Below are positions 56,589 to 64,000 of a DNA stretch of 64,000 bases, piece by piece. The notes under the pieces were generated by a model. That model did not search any database, was not told where the DNA came from, and saw nothing but the letters and a program-made list of their open reading frames with translations. The translations under genes and the position numbers were made by a program. The stretch comes from a virus: IMG/VR virus record IMGVR_UViG_3300020732_000008, positions 39,933 to 103,932 of that record; one strand, 5' to 3'. Numbering within the stretch: the first letter of the stretch is position 1; each line of letters starts with the position of its first letter.

Positions 56589-56956
56589 AAACCACCGCTC
56601 TGAGCATTGCGCTCTGTACCTTGGTAGCCAGCTTGACCACCAGTAAAGTCTACTCTTGTTGGTGGCTGATCGTGATTGACGTTAATAACGTCCATAAGGC
56701 TGATTGCTCTGGTTCGGTATCCAAAGCGAGGCGGTAGCAACGTCTGGTTGGGAATTCTAGGACGTACGACACGCTGTACATCTTCTCTTGGCATCGTGAC
56801 CACGGCTAGAGCTTGTGAAGTCAAAGCCTCCATGGTGTTAGCAAATGGGCCCATGTAGTCATAACGAATACCTAGGTCAGCTTGCTCATTTTCTTTACCA
56901 ACGATGTTACGACCCTTGGTGTGGTCATATACGCTATCAGCGGAGTTCATTACCAA
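56582..56956 (-). CDS. Hypothetical protein
   Basis: Coupled ORF. Confidence 0.65.
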   Translation of the reverse strand: MVMNSADSVYDHTKGRNIVGKENEQADLGIRYDYMGPFANTMEALTSQALAVVTMPREDVQRVVRPRIPNQTLLPPRFGYRTRAISLMDVINVNHDQPPTRVDFTGGQAGYQGTERNAQSGGFW

Positions 56957-57489
56957 GGAGCTTTCAAGTGTGCGAACTGTGCGTTCTTCTGTGGATTAAA
57001 TTCACCCGGAATGTTAGCGGAGACGTTAGCCTTGCCATCATTAACAAGGTGTGGTGCTGGTGCAAGCTTAAATGTTGGAGCTTGACGATTTTGTCTTAGA
57101 ACCATTCCACCCTCTACATTTGTAGGAGTAAATCGACGATTCACACCACGATCAGGTCCAAGACCTTGAGGCCATAAATACTGTGCGGCATCAATGCGCT
57201 CGCCTTTGTGAACACCACGTTGATAACCACGCTGGTTTTGTCGGTTCTTTAATGAATCTAATACTACGTCTGAAGTTGAGTAGGGCTTACCCTTATCATC
57301 ACGACGTGATCGCATCGTGCCAAGGTAGCCGTCAGGATATTCTGCTTCAGGTACACGACCAACACCAAGGCGTAGGTAATCCATGTCGCTTCGAGGAACG
57401 ACAGGGGTACCTCCACCACCGGTGGTGGTATAGGCGCCTACATAACCGTTAGCACCGAGGTACTGCCAGTTTTGATGGGCTTGTGGCAT
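56950..57489 (-). CDS. Hypothetical protein
   Basis: AAGGAG SD. Confidence 0.7.
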   Translation of the reverse strand: MPQAHQNWQYLGANGYVGAYTTTGGGGTPVVPRSDMDYLRLGVGRVPEAEYPDGYLGTMRSRRDDKGKPYSTSDVVLDSLKNRQNQRGYQRGVHKGERIDAAQYLWPQGLGPDRGVNRRFTPTNVEGGMVLRQNRQAPTFKLAPAPHLVNDGKANVSANIPGEFNPQKNAQFAHLKAPW

Positions 57490-57533
57490 TTCATCTCCTT
57501 AGCAGACAATGAGATAAGTTTACGGGTAAATAC

Positions 57534-57558
57534 AAAAACCCGGGCTATTAACCCGGGT
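57534..57558 (-). terminator. Intrinsic terminator after the lysis cassette
   Basis: ACCCGGG/CCCGGGT stem followed by TTTTT on the minus strand. Confidence 0.65.
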
Positions 57559-57573
57559 AATTGTCTGCTTAAA

Positions 57574-57876
57574 TTACTTAGTTGCGTCCAAAGCAGCCTT
57601 AGCTACAGCTGCCTGAGCATCTGTTACAGCTGCGGTAGCAACTGAAGAGATAGCTGAGGTTGTTACTGCATCTAGGTGTTCCTTTTTAGCAAGATCGTTA
57701 ACTACACCCTTAGGGTTGAACTTAGCGATCAAAGGTCCAACTACACCGATTGCTGCTGCCCATAGGACATGCTTTAGGTGGTGGTTACCTGTCTGATAGA
57801 TACCGATAGCAGCTGCTGCAGTTGCATAAACATAATGCTCAACAAGAAGCTTTTCTGATGGTGTGATCTTTGCCAT
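57574..57876 (-). CDS. Putative holin
   Basis: Two hydrophobic segments and P..AKFNPK, resembling actinophage holins; downstream of the endolysin. Confidence 0.6.
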   Translation of the reverse strand: MAKITPSEKLLVEHYVYATAAAAIGIYQTGNHHLKHVLWAAAIGVVGPLIAKFNPKGVVNDLAKKEHLDAVTTSAISSVATAAVTDAQAAVAKAALDATK

Positions 57877-57879
57877 TTA

Positions 57880-58113
57880 TTATTCCTTTACCTGTTCTAC
57901 GTTGTTGACGTATGGAGTAACGATGTGCGAGTCTGCTTGCACATTCGGCTTTGATGAACTGAAGTTAGGCGATGCCGCTCCAGCTAACCCTGCCGACAGT
58001 GCTAATCCTACATGCTTTGGATCGGTTGCAAAACCAGAGGATGCCCAAGCCGAGATCGTAGCCATACTAGAAATACCCATAGATATGGGGCTTTTGAAGT
58101 TAAACTTAATCAT
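57880..58113 (-). CDS. Small membrane protein (holin-like)
   Basis: Hydrophobic segments; ATGA overlap with the endolysin stop. Confidence 0.5.
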   Translation of the reverse strand: MIKFNFKSPISMGISSMATISAWASSGFATDPKHVGLALSAGLAGAASPNFSSSKPNVQADSHIVTPYVNNVEQVKE

Positions 58114-58982
58114 GTTCCGGCCTTTGCACACATAGACAAGTAGGTGTTAGGTCCAACTATACCCTCTTTTTTCTCTACTGCCAACCCTGGATACTTAGAC
58201 TGGTAGAGGGGGATCAAGGCTATCTCTTCAGCCGTTAAAACACTAGACACTAAATTAGCTGGGAGTAGACCGGCATTAGCGAGCGCCCTAGCGACCAAAA
58301 GTTCTGCTGTTCCCTTTGAACCCGGCTTTTTAAACACCGCTGAACCTGGAAAGGGAGGGGCAACAATAACCGTAGTCTTAGCAGGAGGCGTTGTTGTCGC
58401 CGTGTGATTGACAGCGGCAACTCCACCACCGGCAACAGCGGTGGCTCCAGCAACACCAACAGCTAAAGGCTTGTTTACATTCGCTTTATTAGCAGCCGGT
58501 TTAACTGCCCCTGGATATGCGGGACGAACGATTGCTAGTACATAAAGATATGGACGGTGTACACGGAAGACACCATCTCCATTTGCAGGATTACCCGTAG
58601 ACTTATCTGGTCCAGTGTTGAATCCAATACAAGTCAATCCATCACGAGAGGCTGCTTCTATAATCTCTACGTGATCAGCAACGCCGTTGCCAGACCATGA
58701 ATAGAACACTAAGTCTCCTGGTTGTCCGCTGTATTTATCTACAACTTGGCCCTTCTTTTGAAACCAAGTAAGACCTGCGGGACAATAGGCAAATCCTTTT
58801 TCAGTCTGTGCAGATACTATCGCTGACAAACCAACCTGTGCAAAGCACCAGCTAACGCCCATGGCGCAATAGCTCTCGTTAGGAATTCCGTACCATGCTC
58901 CGTATGGGTTCTCATTGTTAGGTCCTTCAATAAATCCCACCTGTTGTTGTGCAATATTAACTACGTCTAATCCGCTGCTCAC
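58110..58982 (-). CDS. CHAP-type endolysin
   Basis: YGAWYG, YCAMGVSWC (catalytic Cys), PGDLVFYSW, DHVEI; C-terminal GIVGPNT binding-domain motif. Confidence 0.85.
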   Translation of the reverse strand: MSSGLDVVNIAQQQVGFIEGPNNENPYGAWYGIPNESYCAMGVSWCFAQVGLSAIVSAQTEKGFAYCPAGLTWFQKKGQVVDKYSGQPGDLVFYSWSGNGVADHVEIIEAASRDGLTCIGFNTGPDKSTGNPANGDGVFRVHRPYLYVLAIVRPAYPGAVKPAANKANVNKPLAVGVAGATAVAGGGVAAVNHTATTTPPAKTTVIVAPPFPGSAVFKKPGSKGTAELLVARALANAGLLPANLVSSVLTAEEIALIPLYQSKYPGLAVEKKEGIVGPNTYLSMCAKAGT

Positions 58983-59464
58983 TGATAGATTAACCTTTCA
59001 GCTAAGTCTCCTGGTGTAACAAGATTATTAGGTTTATGGCTTAGTTCGAACTCAGCCTTTGCATAGCACTCAGCGACTAACTCAGAGCAAATATAACCCA
59101 TGCGTTTAGCTAGGGAGTTCCAAAGCTTTTGAGGAGGTAAACGAAGACCCAAGATCCTAAAGAAAATGACTGCGATGTCAAAGAAGCCGTATGGTTTACC
59201 CACTAAGGTTTTTGCATAGGCAACGATCTGGTCACGCTTTGTCTGATCTAGACTCCCCTCATGCTGATTCCAAGCAATGATTGGATATTCAGAGACGTCG
59301 CTAAGTGCCACCCCAGTTGGGTTGGCTTCGACGATCTTGCCATCTCCAACGTAGATAACCGCATGGTTCCATCGGCTAGACGTACCTACCCGGATGAGCC
59401 TACCTACTAGGCCCGAGGTCTTTACTACGCCGTAATCTCCTGGACGTGGTTCATACTTTGCCAT
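58979..59464 (-). CDS. Permuted papain-like NlpC/P60 enzyme (YiiX/YebB-like)
   Basis: PGD, SRWNHAVIY, GKPY, YICSELVA, VTPGDL. Confidence 0.85.
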   Translation of the reverse strand: MAKYEPRPGDYGVVKTSGLVGRLIRVGTSSRWNHAVIYVGDGKIVEANPTGVALSDVSEYPIIAWNQHEGSLDQTKRDQIVAYAKTLVGKPYGFFDIAVIFFRILGLRLPPQKLWNSLAKRMGYICSELVAECYAKAEFELSHKPNNLVTPGDLAERLIYQ

Positions 59465-59873
59465 CTTCTTCTGCCTGATTCTCTAGAATATCTTCTAGGT
59501 GCTCTATTTCTTTCTCTTCTAGCTTCTTGACGTCCTTTAATAGGGCACGCATTTCTACTAGCATCTCGTCTATTTGTACCAAGGCTTTACGAGTTGCTCG
59601 AAGTATCTGTGCATCACGTTTAGTCTGCCCGATCATGGCGATACCAATAATAAGTTCTACTGTTACTGCTAGCCATGAGGCTACATTCATCCACTTTACA
59701 TAGGCATGGGTGTCTGTAAACCAAGTAGGTTGAGCCCACCAAACAAAGGTAGCTACAGACCATACCGATACAAAGTACCAGTTACGGATTAATCCCTGGA
59801 TCTTCCAAGAGATCTGCTCACTAAAGTTTAAAAAATCGCCGGTATCAGGGTGGACGTACTTTCTTTTAATCAT
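59451..59873 (-). CDS. DUF1003-like membrane protein
   Basis: Two TM segments, YVKWMNVASWLA, IAMIGQ..RD, then coiled coil. Confidence 0.65.
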   Translation of the reverse strand: MIKRKYVHPDTGDFLNFSEQISWKIQGLIRNWYFVSVWSVATFVWWAQPTWFTDTHAYVKWMNVASWLAVTVELIIGIAMIGQTKRDAQILRATRKALVQIDEMLVEMRALLKDVKKLEEKEIEHLEDILENQAEEDGKV

Positions 59874-59882
59874 GTACTCCCC

Positions 59883-60197
59883 TTAGATAAGCTCGGTCTT
59901 TACCTTCATTACTTCAATTTCAGTTCTAATAAGTTGCTGATGCTCAATTAGGTGATCTACTTTGTTGATCAAACCTGTCTTGCCATCGTTATAAAGCGCA
60001 TATTCAATACGGCTAGTGCGCTTATCCATCTCTGTAAGAACAGAGAGTTCTTCTCTAATATCATCTTTTAAAGAAGATAGATGACTATCAATGACCTTAT
60101 CTACACCGTGTTTAAATAACCACCAGATGCCGGTACAGACTGCACCAAAGGTAAAAATGTAACAGTAAGCTACGTTTGCCCAATCAGAAGTGGTCAT
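59883..60197 (-). CDS. Membrane protein with coiled coil (lysis-associated); start at MTTSDW
   Basis: AGGAG SD; one TM segment; LYNDGKTGL motif. Confidence 0.65.
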   Translation of the reverse strand: MTTSDWANVAYCYIFTFGAVCTGIWWLFKHGVDKVIDSHLSSLKDDIREELSVLTEMDKRTSRIEYALYNDGKTGLINKVDHLIEHQQLIRTEIEVMKVKTELI

Positions 60198-60261
60198 AGA
60201 TTCTCCTAAATACAAAACCGGTGTATGCATATTGTGCATGACACCGGCCTGTATGTCAGGA

Positions 60262-61458
60262 TTAAATCCTGGATTTAAATTCCTGTCCTCTAAACAATGT
60301 TTTTCCATCATCAATATGCACTAACTCAACGTGGAAAGAACCTTCTGGCTTGTATGTAACTACAGAGATTCCCTGTTGCCAGTTCTCATAGTAAGTTACT
60401 GGCTTACCGTCGATTCCAATCGATCCCTTAACACTTGGTACTGCGCCGTCTACACGGCATAGGCAACCAGGTGAAACAGCCATCGATTTAATCTTTCCCA
60501 CACGATCAAATGTGGTACGAGATTGGATCTCTTGACGGTGGATATGACCAAAGATTGTAGATACATGGGGCATCTCGTTGGTATAGCCGGCCGCTGTTGA
60601 GCCGTTAGATCGGACTTTATCGCCATGAATAGCACGAAGCTTTTCATTGATCCAGTGCGCACCAGCTGGATAGGCATCTACATATTCGATATCTAGTTCA
60701 TCTAATCGTAGGAGGTAAGGAAGGGACATGACAGGCCATGACTCGGGGATGTTAGCCCTCTTAAGTCCAAAGGCAGCCATAGCGTTCAAGCTAATGAACT
60801 TCTGCATACGGCGATCATGGTTACCCTCAAGGACAATAACCTTGGCATCAGGAGCAGCGGCTCGTTGATCAGCCAAGAATATGTGACCCTTATCAATAGC
60901 CATCTGTGCAGTGTGTGCAAAGTTAGCTTCTTGCTCATACTTTCCATACATTGGGAGGTCTAGGAAGTCACCCAGGTTTACCACCTGTTGAACACCGACC
61001 TCATGCTCTAGATAGTTAATGATCTGAATAGCTACATCCATAGCAGCTTCATCATGGAATGCGTCCATAGTTCCGTCTTCATATAGACGATAACCGATCT
61101 GTGGATCGGGTAGAACTACAGCTACTTCCCACTCAGTATCAAGAGGAGCTTTCTTAGATTTAGGTGCAGCCTTAATAACTGTAGGTGCAGCTTGTTGCAC
61201 TACAGGCCAGGCTGGTCCCTCTTCCCATTTAGGGTTGATCTGAATGCCGACGAGATCCTTTACCTGCATCTCACCGTCTGCATCTTTAGAGGCGGACTGA
61301 TAAACGCTGATACGACTTAGCGTTCCTACCTCATCAAGATCAATATTATTGCGGTCTAGTAGATCTTTGATAGCGCCGAGGGATGCATGCTTATTGACAT
61401 CTTCTCGTACATTTCGGATCTTATCGCCTAGTCCATCTTGGGGGTTTGACATATGCAC
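60262..61458 (-). CDS. Calcineurin-like metallophosphoesterase
   Basis: LPDPQ, LGDFLD, EGNHD, IHG, GHIH motifs. Confidence 0.9.
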   Translation of the reverse strand: MHMSNPQDGLGDKIRNVREDVNKHASLGAIKDLLDRNNIDLDEVGTLSRISVYQSASKDADGEMQVKDLVGIQINPKWEEGPAWPVVQQAAPTVIKAAPKSKKAPLDTEWEVAVVLPDPQIGYRLYEDGTMDAFHDEAAMDVAIQIINYLEHEVGVQQVVNLGDFLDLPMYGKYEQEANFAHTAQMAIDKGHIFLADQRAAAPDAKVIVLEGNHDRRMQKFISLNAMAAFGLKRANIPESWPVMSLPYLLRLDELDIEYVDAYPAGAHWINEKLRAIHGDKVRSNGSTAAGYTNEMPHVSTIFGHIHRQEIQSRTTFDRVGKIKSMAVSPGCLCRVDGAVPSVKGSIGIDGKPVTYYENWQQGISVVTYKPEGSFHVELVHIDDGKTLFRGQEFKSRI

Positions 61459-61709
61459 TCCTTCATTCTGTGTTTACGAATTGTCTCTGTTGAGAACTTA
61501 ACGCCGACTGTTCTCAAGAACTCACTGATTTCTTTACCGGTCATAGGAGTATCGTGAAGTAGTGCATCTACTTCCTTTTTATCTTCATCGGATAGAGAGA
61601 GAACCCACCAACCTATTTTGCATAGCTTAGTCTCGAAGATTTGGTTCTCTTCCATGTACTTATCCAAGGCCTGACGGATCATTTGCCATCTCCATTGCGT
61701 ATAAAACAT
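61428..61709 (-). CDS. Hypothetical protein (CKI...HR..EC.C)
   Basis: Upstream of the phosphoesterase; GGAG SD. Confidence 0.7.
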   Translation of the reverse strand: MFYTQWRWQMIRQALDKYMEENQIFETKLCKIGWWVLSLSDEDKKEVDALLHDTPMTGKEISEFLRTVGVKFSTETIRKHRMKECICQTPKMD

Positions 61710-61742
61710 AAAAGCCGGTAGAGGACTTCTCTACCGGCCTTT
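61709..61742 (-). terminator. Hairpin terminator
   Basis: GCCGGTAGAG/CTCTACCGGC flanked by A/T tracts. Confidence 0.7.
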
Positions 61743-61755
61743 ACTATACTACAGA

Positions 61756-62091
61756 TTAGTAGGACATGCCCATTTCACCTTCGAAGTTAGGCTTCTGACG
61801 ACGCATAACTGGAGGAACGATTGGAGCGTTAGCAAGAGTCGAACCAGCTGCTGGCTCGGTCTGCTTCATGTACTTTGAGCCTACGCTGTAAGCTGCGCCC
61901 ATCTGAGAGGTAGGCTTACGAATTGCGGCGCCACCTAGGGTTGGGTCGCCAGCGGCTGCATTGCCACGCTTGACGGACTTTCCACGCTGTGGCTTAGCTG
62001 CGGTGAACTTAACACCGTCTTTGCCCATTGGCTTACGTGGTGCTCCGACCTTTGCCATGCCTGCAAGGGCTTCTTGTTCTGGATTTGCCAT
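61756..62091 (-). CDS. Basic hypothetical protein (start at MANPEQ)
   Basis: AAAGGA SD. Confidence 0.65.
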   Translation of the reverse strand: MANPEQEALAGMAKVGAPRKPMGKDGVKFTAAKPQRGKSVKRGNAAAGDPTLGGAAIRKPTSQMGAAYSVGSKYMKQTEPAAGSTLANAPIVPPVMRRQKPNFEGEMGMSY

Positions 62092-62141
62092 ATGACTTCC
62101 TTTAAATAGAGTTGAGATCTCGCTATAAGGATACAAGATTA

Positions 62142-62423
62142 TTAATTAATAAAGATGGTAAATACAATGGCAGAGATTTCTCCATCTCTGGAATCCACTG
62201 TGGTAAAGCCTGGAATACACGCTAAACGCATGCCTCTTGGGGCTACATATCCGCTTGCGATGGCGATTGCTTTTACAGCCTGGTTAACTGCTGAGGCTCC
62301 TACGGCACGCACCTTGATCTGCGGTGCTTCATAAAGAGCGTGGGCAATAGCTGAGCCCAGCGATTGGGCGTTTGAACTTGCGCCTACACGCAAAAACTTT
62401 TCTTCTTCTTTCTTTTCAGTCAC
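62142..62423 (-). CDS. spoVS: SpoVS-family nucleic-acid-binding protein
   Basis: LRVGASSN...AIA...RAVGASAVNQAVKAIAIASGY..P.G...IPGF...SAIVF. Confidence 0.9.
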   Translation of the reverse strand: MTEKKEEEKFLRVGASSNAQSLGSAIAHALYEAPQIKVRAVGASAVNQAVKAIAIASGYVAPRGMRLACIPGFTTVDSRDGEISAIVFTIFIN

Positions 62424-62475
62424 TGTTTGTGGTCCTTTAGGGTCGAGTTAATGTAGTGCCCTCAAGGACCTAGTA

Positions 62476-63147
62476 TCAGGGTTTTTCTCTATATTTGGGG
62501 TCTAAAAGCTTGTCGATTATCTCTCGTTCATAAGACAGCTCACCAAGACCACAAGCAATGCGAGCCAAGGCATAAGAGTCAGCAGCGTTGTCATTGTCGA
62601 ATTCTACTCCCCACTTCTTATAGGTTTGCATCAGGATCTGATTCTTTTGAACACCCTGAGCTTTACCCGTAACATACTTCTTTACCTGAGTAGGTGCAAC
62701 TACTACTGGATACCTGGCGTCTTGGTTATCCTCATCATAAAACCAGAAGAGAAGCTCTAGCTTGACCATTCCCCCCAGTTCTCCGGCCATATGAGCCATC
62801 TGAGCACCATAGGCATACCCTTCAATGGCAGCGCCCTTAATCTGCTCATGGGACCACTCAAGGTAGTTGCTTAAGAATGAACGAATGTCAGACAGACGTT
62901 CGACACCACGACCTTGGCCTTCATATACCTCGGTGTAGTAGCGACCGTCTGCTGTCATACTCGTTATAGCGAAGCCGCTATAAGACTGATCAATACCTAT
63001 AAAACGTGGCTCTGGGTCATCCCAGGGCAAGCCACCATCATAGATCTTAGGATTGAGTTTCTTCTTCAAGATCCCACTCTTCTCTAAAGGATTTGATTTC
63101 AGCATCACGGATAGAGATAGCGTTAGCCATATAAGCAAGGTCCTCAT
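62476..63147 (-). CDS. RuvC-like Holliday junction resolvase (start probably downstream)
   Basis: FIGIDQS, AIEGY, PTQVKKYVTGK, DNAADSYALA. Confidence 0.85.
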   Translation of the reverse strand: MRTLLIWLTLSLSVMLKSNPLEKSGILKKKLNPKIYDGGLPWDDPEPRFIGIDQSYSGFAITSMTADGRYYTEVYEGQGRGVERLSDIRSFLSNYLEWSHEQIKGAAIEGYAYGAQMAHMAGELGGMVKLELLFWFYDEDNQDARYPVVVAPTQVKKYVTGKAQGVQKNQILMQTYKKWGVEFDNDNAADSYALARIACGLGELSYEREIIDKLLDPKYREKP

Positions 63148-63295
63148 CTGAGGCAGTGCTCTTTAATGAATTGTAGATAGTAGTAGCTTGCTCCAGATTT
63201 AACTCCAGAAGCTTTAGCTGATCCTTACGACGATTCTTAAGAAAGGCTACCTGCTCAGCTTGACGCTGTGCAATCTTTTCTGATCTTTTACTCAT
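63047..63295 (-). CDS. Coiled-coil hypothetical protein
   Basis: ORF in operon. Confidence 0.6.
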   Translation of the reverse strand: MSKRSEKIAQRQAEQVAFLKNRRKDQLKLLELNLEQATTIYNSLKSTASDEDLAYMANAISIRDAEIKSFREEWDLEEETQS

Positions 63296-63380
63296 TTGTT
63301 TAACTCATATACTGATAGTAGGGACATGAATATAGCTCCAGTGAGCAGTAAACCTAAGACAACCTTAACCCGTGTGCGGA

Positions 63381-63614
63381 TCATGCTAACTCCTTCTCAA
63401 TGGCTTGAATGGTAGGGCAGGGGTAACGGGCGGGGTATATATCGCCTTCCTCACCACTGTCGCAAGCAACGCAGCATACCTGTGGGTTGTTGGAATTCCA
63501 TGTAAATGGTCTATGTATCGCCACTACTGCGCGAAGGGCAGCAACAGTTACACCTACCACGCTGCAACTATGGTCAAGTTCATCTAACTTTGCCAGCAAT
63601 TCATCGTGGGTCAT
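63381..63614 (-). CDS. Small actinophage-type protein
   Basis: ALRAVVAIHRP...CVAC...YPCPTIQAI motif. Confidence 0.75.
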   Translation of the reverse strand: MTHDELLAKLDELDHSCSVVGVTVAALRAVVAIHRPFTWNSNNPQVCCVACDSGEEGDIYPARYPCPTIQAIEKELA

Positions 63615-63808
63615 TTCTCACCCCTAGCGATAGCGGCGGCATTGCGATAAGCCGCAGTGATGTCACACCTTTGGCACAGAATGTTTGATTTATGCTTTGG
63701 ATGATTCTTTTCAGCGTAATCCTCAATCTCTCGCGCTATCTGCTCGCGGAGTTGTTTAATAGCCTCGGGAGCAACTATCTCTAGTCGGCGCAGTTCTGAT
63801 TTGCTCAC
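63611..63808 (-). CDS. Small hypothetical protein
   Basis: LREQIAREIE...AAAIARG motif. Confidence 0.7.
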   Translation of the reverse strand: MSKSELRRLEIVAPEAIKQLREQIAREIEDYAEKNHPKHKSNILCQRCDITAAYRNAAAIARGEK

Positions 63809-63880
63809 TTATCCACCTCGCTTTGTTGAAAACGAATTTGCTTCCTCATCGCTGAGGATTTGCTTAGTTAGGTTCATAAC

Positions 63881-64000
63881 TCAACCGCTTTTCGATATAA
63901 CAACAACGCCTCGAAAGATGTTGTTGTTCGCACTCATTTTACTTTGTTGCGGTTCGTACTCACCCCTAGCGATAGCGTTCATAACATCATCACGGTCTAA
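63881..64000 (-). CDS. Partial hypothetical protein (3' end)
   Basis: Open frame from the window edge containing AIARGE. Confidence 0.5.
   Translation of the reverse strand, partial: LDRDDVMNAIARGEYEPQQSKMSANNNIFRGVVVISKSG

Noticed and set aside
1-64000. Stop-codon reassignment
   Set aside because: Core genes are intact in code 11, TAA, TAG and TGA all serve as stops, and no suppressor tRNA is present.

Overview
This is a 64 kb segment of a tailed dsDNA phage, very probably infecting Actinobacteria (WhiB, MSMEG_6728-family glycosylase, proteasome-beta-like peptidase, PASTA protein, leaderless TANNNT promoters; the moderate GC would fit freshwater acI-type hosts, which is inference). Layout: (1) 1-35.6 kb, minus strand: about 20 kb of fibre, collagen and lectin genes, the head module (major capsid, scaffold, portal, terminase), small basic proteins, a proteasome-beta-like peptidase, two tRNAs and Hsp20. 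(2) 36.2-48.3 kb, plus strand: an early-type arm with small genes, whiB, a MoxR/CobS-type AAA+ with its vWA partner, and a DenV-like glycosylase. (3) 48.4-64 kb, minus strand: class II RNR, a TGT-like/HAD/nucleotidyltransferase trio, a lysis cassette, a metallophosphoesterase, SpoVS and a RuvC-like nuclease. The most notable unexplained signal is in the plus-strand arm. About 2 kb of intergenic DNA there folds into a series of large RNA domains closed by 10-30 bp stems. The arm is also punctuated by four anticodon-less tRNA-like elements (A-GC...GG...T-arm...GC-ACG), each immediately followed by a stem-closed domain and then an RBS. One element carries an anti-Shine-Dalgarno loop in place of the anticodon. 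I interpret this as a candidate tRNA-punctuated small-RNA processing system. All structures were paired by eye and all protein calls come from motif recognition; no searches were run.
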